Below, piece after piece: positions 38,241-51,739 of a stretch of DNA of 64,000 nt; position 1 is the first letter of the stretch; every line of letters starts with the position of its first letter. The notes under the pieces were generated by a model that saw only the letters and a program-made list of their open reading frames with translations, did no database searches and was not told where the DNA came from. This DNA comes from Bigelowiella natans CCMP2755. Lineage: Eukaryota; Protista; Cercozoa. Location: positions 1-64,000 of the forward strand of contig ADNK01000977.1 in assembly GCA_000320545.1 (NCBI GenBank), in the 5' to 3' direction. Made by a program: the position numbers and the translations under genes.

Positions 38241-38886
38241 TCAGGGATGCTTATGGCCCGAGGCACCTAATTGCACGTCCTGCAACATAAGGGCAAAAAT
38301 GGGTTAGTGAGAAAACTAAAAGGGAGAATGAGAACGAGAACGAGACATCCGTAACAATATATTTTGTTTTTACAGGGTGTGTGATTAAAAACTGCACCTG
38401 TAGAATTTTCTTAATGTCCAATTGTAACGCCTCCTTATCGATTAGATTTTCGAGAAATGCTGCAGCACCGGCGATGCTATCCTTCTGGTCTTTCCCCATT
38501 GTCCCAGCCGCAGCGTAGTCAGGGGGGGGAGGATGAAAGTCGGCCGGTCCAAAGGGATTCCATCCTGGAGGAGGAGGGGGAGGTATAGGAAGGACTCCTG
38601 GTCCATGGGAACCAGGGGAGTGAGGCATGCTATGCAATGGCTTCATGTTATCAGAACTAGCTTTGTCCCCCCTCCTTTCTCGAGGCTGCAAGTGCTGTTT
38701 TAGCGAAGCTTCCTTTATATTCCCCCCGATCGAGGCAGCAGGGCGGGAGGGGCATTCGTGATCAAGACCTTGACACACTTGTTCCTCTATGTTGGAAGAA
38801 GTAGTATCCATGTCCCGCAGCGCAGAGGACCCTCCGAGCACAAGCATCATTGCGAAGATGCACTTCCAAATTCTGACTAGATTCAT
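38241..38886 (-). CDS. Small secreted proline-rich hypothetical protein; 2 exons
   Basis: Signal-peptide-like MNLVRIWKCIFAMMLVLGGSSA and a PPPPPPGWNPFGP tract. An intron after ILQ (|gtgcag...gttgcag|) leads to DVQLGASGHKHP*. Confidence 0.6.
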
Positions 38887-39462
38887 TTTCAAATTTCCCG
38901 TCCTCCCGTATAGTATATAGTGATGTGAACCAGTACTTGAATTACTGCTTCTTCGAAGTCTGACAAGGGGGGGAGCTTGATCTGCTCACTGCTACCACCA
39001 TGCAGTATTTAAAAATGATCCAATTGATCGACCTACAATTTTTTGAATGAGTCTGCCTTACGACAAAATCGCACTGCTTTTATCCCCGACGACAATCAAT
39101 ATGCTCCTGCCGCGTGAAAACAAATGGATTCATTTGCGGGTAGATCTACCTAGTTTTGTTGGCGAGATGGTCCCCCAACATCGCAGCATGTTCCAGAGAC
39201 TCACAAGAGATTGCAGTGGAAAGTGAAGACGCACAAAATGCATGTCATTTTGCAGAAATTTGTCCGACGAGACGTCCGCAGACGCTGCGGCTGGTTTTGG
39301 AAGAATCTCTCGCAATTCGTGACGTAGTAGCAGAAACGTCACATTTTAATTGTGCGACAATAAATTGATGCGTTAATGTCGTGGAATTACATCCATTTTT
39401 ACAATGTGTGACATTGTTTGCAAGCGGGAGCACTGCGAATCGACGGGTCCCTCTGACAAATT

Positions 39463-40289
39463 ATGAGCAGCGATCGCAAAGCCGAACGTAAGCAGGTATT
39501 TATCCTCAAAGAAGGCAGCCCAGGTAAGAGCGATGGTTTCATTATTTGGATCTGGATTGTTGAAAAGCAATAGTTCATGAAATCAATAGATCTGAAGGAA
39601 ATCGACTGGGAGCTATTTGATGCGAAGTTGCCCTGCGATCGGGTAATGCATATGCAATTTCGCACAATGTTCTTTCCCAATCCAAATGAGTTTTGTTTAT
39701 CCCACAAATGCTTTTTCGCTCTATAAATCAAAGTCGGAGGCTTCTCAGAAGACGAGGGCTAAGCTCTTTGCGGTTTTCGACCCTAACGGCAACGGATTGA
39801 TATCGTAAGTGTCAACGACGCCATGCATGCTGACAACTCAACCTATAATAGAAGAAGCGGTTTTCATTCGGCGAGGAAATATCACGATCTCACAAGTGTT
39901 ATTGCCCTTGCACCCGTGCAGACTCGCAGAAATTGAAAAGGGCCTGATGGAAGTTCTTGGCTACGGAGTTGATGTAAAGCGAGTCGTTGCAAAGTCAGTT
40001 GCTAGGGCTCATCGAGGGGCAAAGGCCGCAATCCACAGAGGTAAGACAAGTTTGCATGTGTGAAAGGTACATTGTAACGCATAGCTGCCCTTATGTCGTC
40101 TCCTCCTTGCTTCTTTGTGGTTCAGATAACTCTAAAGCAGCAGATGACTATGTTGAGAAGCGCGAGTTTCGAGTTTTCATTGAATTCTTCCGTTTCGATC
40201 TGCACCTTCTGGTAATATGCAGAGTTACCTTCGGAATTGAAAGAGATAGTAGATATATGTTCGTATACAGCCCCTCCCCCCCTCCCCTC

Positions 40290-40344
<55 letters not shown>

Positions 40345-40948
40345 GCTTTCTCTATCTCTGTTGTCTTTACAAACATTCTGGTACGTATGTTCGTAGAAGC
40401 TGTTCCTGGATCTAGACACGTCCGATGACCTTCGTCTCAGCAAGGAAGAGTTCATCGAAGCAGTGCCCGTAATCCAAAAAAAACTGAAGCTAAAAGCGGT
40501 CCTTATACACGTTGAGCTGTGTATGCATAGCGTGAAACAGTGGCAGCAGTAGCAGCAGTAGCAGTTGACAGTCTCGTTAGCGGCGGTGCTGGTGCGCGCA
40601 CGCATGTGTGCGTGTGTGTGTGTGTATGTGTGTAAAACTTGAGTGTCTTCGTTCCCTCCCCCCTTTCCTCCTTTCTTTCCCCCTCCCTCGGTTACACCAT
40701 ACTCAGTTGGAGAACCCTGAGGAGGCTTGGAATGAGATGGACGCAGACCATGCAGGGATGGCACTGTATGAAGAGTTCGCAAATTGGATGATGGATAAGA
40801 AAGTACTTGCATGTACATATACTAGTGTGATGAAGGTTCTATATTTATGTGAAAAAGGAAAAGATTGATTGGCAGAATAATATTTACTTCTACACTAATG
40901 GTTTTTTAGGCATGGGATCCTTCAACACAGCTCCAAATGGTAAATTAG
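39463..40948 (+). CDS. Flagellar calcium-binding protein (FCaBP/calflagin)-like EF-hand protein; 8 exons
   Basis: IDWELFDAKLPCDR, LFAVFDPNGNGLISLAEIEKG, DDYVEKREFRVF, LDTSDDLRLSKEEF and LENPEEAWNEMDADHAGMALYEEFANW are collinear with trypanosomatid calflagins. Confidence 0.85.
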
Positions 40949-41095
40949 AGCAACCACGAAGTCCCACTTTTATTGCATATTCGACATTATTATGGCATCT
41001 CCTGAACTCGGTTTAGTCTTAAAGTTGAGACCATCTTGAATGGCTATAACTTGCTGCTGCTGCTGCTGCCCCCATGATTAGCTCTTTTCGTTACT

Positions 41096-41861
41096 ATGAA
41101 GATTGTACGTGCAGTCATCTGTTCGGCGGTGCCGTACTACCTTTTAAGACTCTCTAATGAAGGTCTACATAATGTTGCCAGATTCAGAGAAATGTGAAAA
41201 ACACATATGGTGCTCGGGTTCCACGGCTAAGTTTAGGCAAGGTCAATGCGCTAACGCCATCGCATGCGTCCTCCAAGTCTGCTCGATCGCCCATTGTGAG
41301 CAAGAGCGCCCGTCGGAATTCTAATACGCCTTCTAGTGCTGGTGCGCTCAGCAAGCAGCGGGCCGTCAGATTGCCCCCTACCATGTATAGTGCGCAACAT
41401 CATCGTCGAGGATCCTCTTCATCCCGGAATGCCCTCCCTCCTTCAAAGATAGAGACTCTATTGAAGCAGGTCAGTAAGTTCCGATGGCCGTTTTCAGGCC
41501 AACTTGCACTCTCCATTCCTATCAGAAATGACTGGAATGTTGGGAGAGGAACTCTGTGGTTCGAAAATGAAATCTCTCTGAAAATAAAATCTTCCTTTCC
41601 ATTTATGTATGGTCAGATGGAAGAAAGGCTAGTTAAGCGAATGGACGAGCGCATTAGCGCCGCAGTCGGGTATGGTGGATAAATACAGAAAACAGCATAG
41701 AATAACGGAGACATGTGAATGGGACAGAGTGAATCCTTATCGATGTAAAAGAGTGCTAGCAAGTACGCACAAAACCTTTGCCATTTTTTTTCAGGAAGAT
41801 TATGGAGCGGCTGGATAGCATCGCCCAGCAACAGCGCAATCCGAACGATGATGGTCAATAA
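41096..41861 (+). CDS. Small basic hypothetical protein with a C-terminal coiled coil; 4 exons
   Basis: MKI|IQRNVKNTYGARVPRLSLGK...LLKQ|MEERLVKRMDERISAAVG|KIMERLDSIAQQQRNPNDDGQ* with in-phase GT-AG introns. I recognise no family. Confidence 0.55.
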
Positions 41862-42315
41862 ATTTAAAGGCATACTCCAAGACCTACACTTCCATGCGCA
41901 GTTATACAGTTACGTGGCGAGCTTCTTCGACGGAGTACAAATCTTCGTCCCCGCGCCTTTGGTTAGAACTGAAATTTTCCGTGGTTTGTTGGGTTTCCTG
42001 TCGTATTGCCTCAATATATATAAAGTGTTCTTGGCAGCCTTCCTTGTCATAGTAGACACAGTCCATATCAAGATATTCTAATATGTACATAGCTATGTGC
42101 TGATCCATGTACAATGTCTACCATCTAGACCATGGTGTGCACGTTGCATCCATGGTTCTTGCTCTTAGCCACCCTCGCTCTATGACCGATCACATCATGT
42201 GCGCGCTGATGCCTATTGTCACAAGATTTGCTACCAGCTGCTGTGCTAGATTATAAGATGGATGCTGGGTGCAAAATATAAAAATATTCATGCAATGTGC
42301 AATGCCATGTACATG

Positions 42316-42369
42316 GCTACATTAGGATGACCATTTAAAAGATTTAGTCACTTCATTACATCCGTCTCA
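42316..42369 (+). repeat. Dispersed intergenic repeat, copy B
   Basis: gctacattaggatgaccatttaaaagatttagtcacttcattacatccgtctca, ungapped match to copy A. Confidence 0.85.
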
Positions 42370-42787
42370 CAAGTCTAGATCTCTGTTCTCACCTGGATGG
42401 ACAGAGGCTGCGTGCACCAGCATTTGGATTGAAGACGGCATGCGTGCATCTAGACATGTTCCATGTGTACACACAACGTCATGGTAAGCCTCTGCACCGT
42501 ACCAATGCTACTGCACGTAACAAATAATTATATAAACAATTTCGGAACACACACATTCTTGTGACATCACGAGTTTTATTAAGAGACATCGATATCATCA
42601 TATTGATAAATGCATCTCATATCTCATACACGTGACTTTGGCATTGGACATTGATCTTATGCCCTTATTTTGGGGGAAGTTTCCCATCAAAATATCAGAT
42701 AAATAACATTTCTCTAAGCGCCTGGCTAATGATCTTGCGGCTACCTATTTTGTCTTGATTTTTCCGTGGTTCGTAGACCGTGTTAAT

Positions 42788-44485
42788 TCACTTCTTATCA
42801 GCATCAAGGGAGGTATTATTTGTGTCTGTGGTTGGAGATGGCGGTGTTGTTGTTGTTGTCGAAGAGTTGGAGAAATTCTTCCAAATATCCGAATTTCTTG
42901 TCGAAAGGAGGAGGAGATTAGCGAACCCTATGAAGCCTCCTACCACTAAGAAGGGGAGGCCCGGAGAATTCAGCTTATATCCAAGGCCATATAACTTGCT
43001 GCAGACTAGAGGTGTGATTACGCGAGTAATGGCATACAAATTATTCCTTGCCGACGTGAGCTCGCCAAAATTAATGCCCTTTTCTCCTGCCATCTTCACC
43101 ACGAGAGAGTTCGGTGTCAGCGAGCAGATCGTTCCCGGCGCTCCAAGTGCAAGGGCGACGAAGAAGAGCGCCTGCGTGTCAACGAAGCCATACGTAATGA
43201 ACGCTGCTGTCACCAAAGAAGTACTCCAGAAGGCGAGGCCAAAGGCTCCGAGCATTCGAATCAACGATCCCGCCACAAATCCACCGGTGATGGTGATCAG
43301 TCCTAGCAGAGAGTAAACGTTTCCTATCATTGCAGGGGTCCAAGCTAATACCTCCCGAAGGAAAATTTGGAATACATCTCCCATGTAAAGTCGTATCGTC
43401 TGCAGCATGGTGATTAGGTTGAGGCGTGTGAAGAGCGAGCCGTGAGAAAAGAGGGAGATGAACGAGAAAGGGTTCAGTTTCTTCAAGCTCATGGGCTTCC
43501 TCTTACATTGCCCGTGCGTCTCTTTTACATTCAGTGCGATGAGGACAGAAAGAGAGGTTATTATTCCCGAGACTGCATATGGTAAACGCAGGCTAATCGT
43601 TGACATGTAGCCTCCAATTGCACTTGCCAATACCACACCAACGCCTGACCAAGACTGTATCCTAGCCGTCTTCTTCGCATAAACTCCAGAGTTGTCCGCG
43701 TACATATCGGCCAGTGTTGCGTAGAATGTGCTAAAGAGGGGGAGCATGTTGAGAATTAACCTAACAGCGATAAAAACCCAGAGATTTGGTGACGACGCTA
43801 CCAGGAGATAACCTAAACCAGTGATAAATGAGCTTCCAACAAGGAAAAACTTGCGGCCAATCTGATCGCTAAAGCCTCCCCAGAATGGATTAACTACAAA
43901 CTCCATGGCCGCTGCAAGCGAGGCTACAAGATTCAACGTATCAAGAGCTGATGGCGTATTTCCGTTGAAGTGCTTGGTTGCGATTATAGGTCCAGTTGTG
44001 ATGACAAGAATGTTGGAGAAGATCTTGCAAAAGTACAGCACTGTCAGCAGCAAGTAGTTCCGATCTTTCTCCTTTTCTGTAAGGTCGCAACCTTGTTCCT
44101 CTCCCGATTCCATTGCCAAAGTTGCTCCTATGGTAGTGAGGGACAAAGTCCTTTTGGTGTCGGGTGTTCTTCGTCGTAATCCGAAGAAAGGGGAAAGCGG
44201 TCCCAAGTTCTGGAGCGAAGGCCTCGGCCTTGTCAACTGGCCGGTAGATTTGGAATGCAAATTTGTCGATGATATCATTGATACCGCATTTCTACTGGTG
44301 GTCGGTCTAACACTGCCTCGTTGACAGCTCCACACCGCCGGGTGATGTTTTGAATAAGGGGTAGTACACAGTTGCCTAGGCACAAATCGAGTTCTCGCAG
44401 TCCTTGAGAAGGCGGCGGCAGAGCTACTGTACAGCTGCTCCAGCCATATCAAAGCCAACACCCATCGCATAAATCCGGTGGCCAT
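42788..44485 (-). CDS. Intronless MFS transporter (TetA/DHA1-like) with a bipartite N-terminal presequence
   Basis: 565-aa ORF with MFS motif A (WGGFSDQIGRK) and about 12 hydrophobic segments. The first ~125 aa form a signal-like stretch plus an S/T/R-rich, almost acid-free extension. Confidence 0.9.
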   Translation of the reverse strand: MATGFMRWVLALIWLEQLYSSSAAAFSRTARTRFVPRQLCTTPYSKHHPAVWSCQRGSVRPTTSRNAVSMISSTNLHSKSTGQLTRPRPSLQNLGPLSPFFGLRRRTPDTKRTLSLTTIGATLAMESGEEQGCDLTEKEKDRNYLLLTVLYFCKIFSNILVITTGPIIATKHFNGNTPSALDTLNLVASLAAAMEFVVNPFWGGFSDQIGRKFFLVGSSFITGLGYLLVASSPNLWVFIAVRLILNMLPLFSTFYATLADMYADNSGVYAKKTARIQSWSGVGVVLASAIGGYMSTISLRLPYAVSGIITSLSVLIALNVKETHGQCKRKPMSLKKLNPFSFISLFSHGSLFTRLNLITMLQTIRLYMGDVFQIFLREVLAWTPAMIGNVYSLLGLITITGGFVAGSLIRMLGAFGLAFWSTSLVTAAFITYGFVDTQALFFVALALGAPGTICSLTPNSLVVKMAGEKGINFGELTSARNNLYAITRVITPLVCSKLYGLGYKLNSPGLPFLVVGGFIGFANLLLLSTRNSDIWKNFSNSSTTTTTPPSPTTDTNNTSLDADKK

Positions 44486-44842
44486 CGTAAATCTGCCGAT
44501 GGGGCGCCGGGTTGTCTAGTTGGTATGGATGTGGAATGGGGGACCCCTCTCCCTATGGGGTGTTGGACATACGAGGTAGACTTTTGTTCTCTCCTTTTCG
44601 TCTCTAATTCTCTCTTTTCGTTCCTGCGCCAGACCAAATGCCTACTAAAATCTTATAAATCTCCTGCGTTTTACTGCCGACTGTAGAATTTCGGGGAGGA
44701 GTTAAGTCCCATCCTTTTGGATCCGAGAGAAAGAGTCTTAGTTTTTGCCGCGGCGATAGTACCGCCGAAAGGCCGTTGTGCCTGTTGTTGCATTTGTTCT
44801 AATACTGTTTCATAATCTATACGATATTATCAGCTTGGAAAA
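44486..44842. promoter_or_regulatory. Divergent promoter region, MFS transporter / acyl-CoA ligase
   Basis: Head-to-head ATGs separated by 357 bp; contains TTTGCCGC at 44744. Confidence 0.6.
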
Positions 44843-46296
44843 ATGTCCAACGAGCAAATTTGCACGATGGCGGCGATGGCGCATCCGCACGAGAAGAAGA
44901 GCGAGTGGCGATCGTATTATCAAGCGCAGCTTACGATGCCTTCGTTGCTTGATCGAGCAGCGAAGTACCACCCAGATACGGAAGTTGTAACGCAGATTAG
45001 TGGTGATGACCTTAGTGACACACATACACAGAGCAGCATCCTGATATTTTTTTCGATACGATTCGTCGGCCGTTGATGACGTGCGCGCAGAGAGGTGGAT
45101 GTGAGCGTCCTGATATTTTATCGATACCATTATTGACCAGACTGCATCATTGCGTATTCTCTCGCCAATTTGTCGTCCACGTGTTGCGTTAATTTGCCAC
45201 CACTCTGTAGGAGGAAGAGCACACGTGATCTCGTACAAAGAGCACCAGAAGAGGTGAGGTGAGGTGAGGGTAAAGGCGGGATTGATATGACTACACTGCC
45301 ATCACATTAGATTGTTGATTGTTTTTGTCCTCAGCTGACGCTACTTACGCCATCACCGTGAAATAGCGATCATAAGTGTTGAAGCACGATCATTCTTCCG
45401 CACCGTTGCATTCTTTCAATCTTTGTCATTGGTACACACGTAGATCTGTATTGCTGGGATCAGCCTTGGTCAAGTGTGGTATTAAGCGCGGCGATGTGGT
45501 TGCGACGTTTATGTGGAACAATTCGAGGCATCTGCAGGTGTCAGTGAATAACCGAACGAATAATTTGCAACTAACTCTGGTCAAGCATTTTGCACAGTGA
45601 GGACATGGTTATGAGAGTTGTTCTAACACTGTTTTGTACCCTATGATGATGAACCTAGATCTATCATGCGGTCCCTTGCATCGGTTGCGTACTACACACA
45701 GTCAACATTCGGCTTCATCCTGAAAAGGTGCGCTCATCGGTTGTATCATGGATACACAGCTTCCTTATATTAATTACCACAAGAAGCAAACAGTGACTCG
45801 CAATGCTTGCAAAGATGATCGTTTCAATAACAAAAAACAACCACTTATCAGCTGGCCTTCATCATCCAGCATGCGGAAGACGAAGTGATCTTCGTGGACG
45901 AATGTGAGTGGTGTCGTTTTAGATTAAATATTCTCCCTTAACAACCGAAGTTAGAAGCAGAGAAATAGAAGCAGAGAAAATTCGAGAAAAGGGCGATGAT
46001 GCGAAGCTTTACCTATATGTAGCAAATGTCTCCTAAATCCCTTGTCATTGATGACGATGTACTTGCGTAGCATTGCTCTCGCTGCTAAGGAAGGTCTCGA
46101 AAGAAGCTCTCACACGTGTACGTGATGCTCTATTGACATAAACATCGGGAATTATCCTCATATATAACAATGCATATCTTTGCATATGAAAACAAAGAAA
46201 AGCAACTGGAAAAAAAAATACTAATCTTATAACACTGGGCACAGATTTAACTAGATAAATATGCAAATATCAAGAACATATTGAACATGATATAAA

Positions 46297-46336
<40 letters not shown>

Positions 46337-47212
46337 GCAGTAATGATTATGGGAGTGTAATTTCAAATACCACCATTCTATAGCATCATAGCTATCATCA
46401 TCATCATCATCATCATCATCACCAACACGTGTACTACTCAGATCAAAATGCTGGTCATCTGCGGGAAGGACGAAAGTCAGTATAAAAGAAATAGGAATTT
46501 AATTTTAAATAAATACGCGTAGCATTGATTCCTCCTCCCCTTTCTCACAATACCTTTTAACGATAAAACCAATGAAGTCCGATGCGGTGCGAAAAGACAG
46601 ATGATTCATTTCTACTCGACTACACACGTAGCTAGCAAGAAGTTGGCGATAAACTGCGCAGCTGATGCGCACGATTTTAAAGATTTGCAGAGAAGTCGAT
46701 CATTGTCATCAAGACACGATGACATATTTCTCTTTACGGAGCTTCGCTTATCATAAAAACCCCTTCAAACCGCCTTTTTGCTATCAGCGCGTTAAGTGGA
46801 ATCGTCACAAACTTCTATGATGCTTTTTTCTTCCTTTGCACGATTCTTCATTCGAACACTGCTGCTATATTAGTGCCGTGCTCCCTGAGTGTAGAGGACA
46901 AGAACGATTTAAGCAGAAGCTTCCCGTCTATTCGTCGAATCGTAACGTACGAAGAGTTACTCAGTGAAGGCAGTCCCACTTTTCAATGGTAAAGAAATGA
47001 TGATGAAAATGATGATCGTGATCATGATATATGCAACAACATGAATTTGTCTTTCCCTTGTAATGCTTATGTTGGAAGATGATGATACGTGATCTTGTGG
47101 TATGCTGCAGGCCATCTGCCGCTCTTGATGAGGATATGCCAATGGCTCTCTGCTATACGTCGGGAACAACAGGTGGCTGAGCTTGCTACTGCGGATATCA
47201 CTTAAATATGTA

Positions 47213-47243
<31 letters not shown>

Positions 47244-47593
47244 GACGATGGTGATAATGATGATGATTGAAATGATACGATAATATTGATGACAACAGCG
47301 CGTACGACACGCTGGTGGAGGAGAGTTAAACATAGATTTGTGATCAAGTGAATATCACTCGTTGTCGTCGTCGTTGTCGTCATCGTTGTCGTCGTCGTTG
47401 TCGTCGTCGTTGTTGTTGTTGTTGCAAACATCGTTGTGTTTGATTCCCACTGCTACTCTTCTCCAATTGCCGTTTCCATCCTCCTCCTCCTCCTCCTCCA
47501 GGAATGCCAAAAGGAGTGATGTATTCGCATAAATCTCAGTATATAACAATCCTGAACAATATGGCAGCCAGTCAAACGGTTGCTATCACAAGA

Positions 47594-47651
<58 letters not shown>

Positions 47652-47677
47652 CACACACACACACACACACACACCAA

Positions 47678-47743
<66 letters not shown>

Positions 47744-48063
47744 GCACGAACACCACACTCCGCATCATCTAGTATCTCATCTGATGGCGATTGCGTAATT
47801 TGCATATTTCCTCCTTTGTTCATTATCATGATCCTTTCTCATCCCTCCTCCTCCTCCTCCTCCTCCTCCTTCTTCTTCTTCTTCTTCTTCTCCTCCTTCA
47901 TTCGTAGGGTTTCTGCCCACATGACACTGCTTTGCCTGTAGTTCCGATGTTTCACGCTATGGCCTGGGGTGATAATAGTAGTAACAGCACTAGTAATAGT
48001 GATAGCGGTAGTGGTAGGAACAGTGGTAGTAGTAGTAGTAGCAGTAGTAGTAGTTGTAGTAAG

Positions 48064-48094
<31 letters not shown>

Positions 48095-48949
48095 CCCCCT
48101 TCACCCATCTTCTCACGTCACTATGATGTATTTCGCAGGAATCGCATACGCGGCACTAGCGAGTGGCTGTCGTCTCATTCTCACCAATGAGTACATGAAG
48201 CCCGATGTAATAGCAGTAAAAACAACCCTGAATGATTGGTGCACAGCATCGGAGAACAGCGTTGTATAGCCAACGGAATCATCTCCGGTGTTGGATCTCG
48301 CACAGCATCATCAACAACAAGAATAATTATTACACAACTTCAATATGGGGGGGGGGTGGGGGGGGGGTTACTAGCCTTCCCATGTCGTGCAATCACCATA
48401 ATCCATTGATTCACGTTGATTGTTATATTGTATCCTTTGTCACTTCTTCGCTCAAAAGGACACCGCAGAGATGATCTTAAAGCATGGCGTCACTGTCGTT
48501 TCAGGTCATCGTAGGAGCGCCAGTGCTAACTCTGAATGCAGCACTCTCTTCATGATAAGCTGCTGTTTCCTGCTTTGTTGGTCGCTTGCTGAAATACTCT
48601 CTCCCCCTCGTGCCGTTGCCTCAGGAGTCCCCACGATTTGGCAAGGCATCAGGAGATCTTTGGAGCAAAATCCTGATAAATACTCCCGGTAAGAAAAGGA
48701 GGCTTTCGTATCTATAGCTTCGTTCGAAATATTTGTATTATTTTCTGATTCCATCTTCTCCAACCCTATTTCTCCCCCCCCCCCCCCCCTCCCTCCTACC
48801 ATTTATATCTGCTCCAGAATCCGCGGTGTGTTTGTTCGAGGGACGACGGGGGGGAGCAAGTTCTCATTGGCCCTTTTGAGGCAAGCTATGTTTTTTTTTT
48901 TCTGTTTGCTTGAAATCTCCAATCTACTGATTACTCGCAACTCACATCG

Positions 48950-48994
<45 letters not shown>

Positions 48995-49295
48995 TTAACC
49001 TCCCACAGCAAATCATCTTTATCGTCGTCGTCATCAAAATAATAATGAAATGACTACGGAGAATCATGTATATTTGCGAGTTTACAGTGTCTGGCTGAAT
49101 AGCTAGATGCGTTTCCTCCTTTGAAATGCCTAATATTCCCTGATAAAAATGATCAAAATTACATCATAATATACGTCCCATCATCATCATCATCATCATC
49201 ATCATCGTCGTCGTCGTCGTCGTCCACTATTGTGTAGGTGGTTTTGGCAAAACTGGGGAGTTGAGGTTGTGCAGACCTGGGTATTATCATCGTTC

Positions 49296-49331
<36 letters not shown>

Positions 49332-50412
49332 GTGGTGGATAAGTGCCAAAAAACTTCAATTTCCACGTTTTAAGCGAATAACACTTTATGATCACGGCAC
49401 GGGGCTAGACTGTCGATGTTTTGAGTTCTATCATAATCTCATTGCTTTACATATCACTATTGGGCTCCTCTTTTCGTACGGTTCCGATGTTTAAAATGTG
49501 GTGATGTGTCTTTGCGGCATCATTAGAGGAGGGTCATAATGAGAAACACACACGCACACACACACACACACACACACAATACGTACTCTATAGGGTATGA
49601 CGGAGACAAACCCTTTAGGCACCGCAGCTCGAAGAATGTGAGAGTTACTTTCTGTTGTGCAGCACTAGAATGATGATGATGATCATGATGATGATGATGA
49701 TATTGCTCGTCATCACTCTCATCCTACACCTTCACCACCATCCTCATCATTATCATGAGTCTCATGAAAATAATAATGCTCAGCATCATCATCACTATCA
49801 TCCTCATATTAACTGTAGTGACGGGCAGAAGCAACTGCGCCATTCCTCAGATTTGCATCTCAAAACAGTCGGGAGACCCGTGGTAGTACTTGTAGCAGTA
49901 CTACTACTACTACTACTACTACTACTAGTTGTTGTTGTTTTTGTTGTAGTAGTAATAGTGTTTGGCCTTAGCCGCAACAGCAGAAAACGCGGCGTACGCT
50001 ATGACAAAATACGAATCAGCTCCAAAGATGTTCATTCTCACAGTAGCAAGAGACTGCAGCTCTCATCACGTCACACAACACGCACAGATTCTCAACGCAA
50101 ATGACGCGGTCCTTCCCCCTCTTCGATAGCTACCATTGATTGCGTATGTATGTCATAATTAGCTAGGAAATGAAGTCCGCATCGTGCATCCCGAGACTAA
50201 GAAGTCTCTCCCTAACGACGGCAAGGTCATCAAATGCGCGAAGTGCAGATCTCACTACCATTGACAAATACCAGAAGTTATACACGAAATTTGCTGATTC
50301 GGTGTTGTGCACGCTCCGCTGCTGCAGCATGTAGGAGAGCTTCTTGTCCGGGGACCGGTTGTGATATCCGCCTACTACAAGAAGATTGGTGCTGCTGTTA
50401 CGCTGCTAGTCC

Positions 50413-50447
<35 letters not shown>

Positions 50448-50892
50448 TATCATTATCATTATCATCATCATCATTATCATCATCATCATCAACAACAACG
50501 ACGACGACGACGACGACGACGACGCCATCAACATCATGATCCGACTATAACTATACATACTGTCTCATCTTGCTTACAACTTATACAGAGATATAGTACA
50601 CTGAATCTCACCGTTGCAACCACATTCATTGCTTCGTTGATCTATGCTATAGTAATAGCTTGCCTTCTTCCCCCCCCCCCTTGTAACAGGCACAACACCA
50701 GACAAATTCGTAGAAGGATGGCTGAATACTGGTGATTTGGCCTCGATCTCGCACGACGGTTACGTTACGATTCACGACCGAAGCAAAGACGTTATCAAGT
50801 CCGGGGGAGAGTGGTATTTACTCACCTAAATCATAACTATTGTGTGTGTGTGTGTGTGTGTGTGTAAGTGTGTCATTGGCGACTTACCCCGG

Positions 50893-50941
<49 letters not shown>

Positions 50942-51089
50942 TTATATATTCTTCATCGGTGTGAATGAATCAACAGGATTTCCTCAATTGATATGGCAAA
51001 TCATCTGATGAAGCTAAATGACAACTTCAAACACGTGGCAGTTGTGGGTGTATTTCATCCAAAGTGGGACGAGAGGTGATTCTATTGCT

Positions 51090-51134
<45 letters not shown>

Positions 51135-51705
51135 AGTGATGATGATGGCGTGCCGAACGTATGGCAAAGGAATGAAAAGAAGAAGGAGGAGACGGCGGAA
51201 AAAATCGTGGCTTTAATCTGAAAATAGATTGTTCACACCTCGGTCTTGGCAATGTATGACTCACAATGCTTCAACGCTTCTTTTCAAATTTCAAATCGGA
51301 AAAACCGTAGCGATAAGGGGACCGGTTGTTCTCTTTGGCCGCTGGCAGTATAAAACCTAATTCGGTCGATTTTACACTCGGCGATACGGTTTCTTCTTCA
51401 TGAAATTGAAAGACGGAAAGTAGTTTCGATGTTGTGCTGAGGTGCTGATGGATTTGCACTACTACATCATCATCACAGGCCAATCGTAGTTATTGAACTG
51501 GCGGACAAATCAAGAAAAGCCCCCACTCTTAAGGAGATAAGAAAGCACTGTGCACGAGTATTTGCGAAGGTATCGTTGTTTACACCGAAAAATTGATAGA
51601 ATATGCCATCCATCATCATCTTCATCATCTTCATCATCTTCATCATCTTCTTCTTCATCATCATCATCATCTTCTCCTTCTTCTTCATCTTTCTCGCTCT
51701 GCACC

Positions 51706-51739
<34 letters not shown>

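Noticed and set aside
41163-41181. Possible 19-nt nucleomorph-sized intron (gtctacataatgttgccag)
   Set aside because: An ordinary 77-nt intron from the donor at 41105 to the same acceptor gives an in-frame start (MKI|IQR), and all other introns here are much longer than 19 nt.
41902-42114. 70-aa minus-strand ORF in the convergent spacer
   Set aside because: No homology cue, splice support or promoter context.
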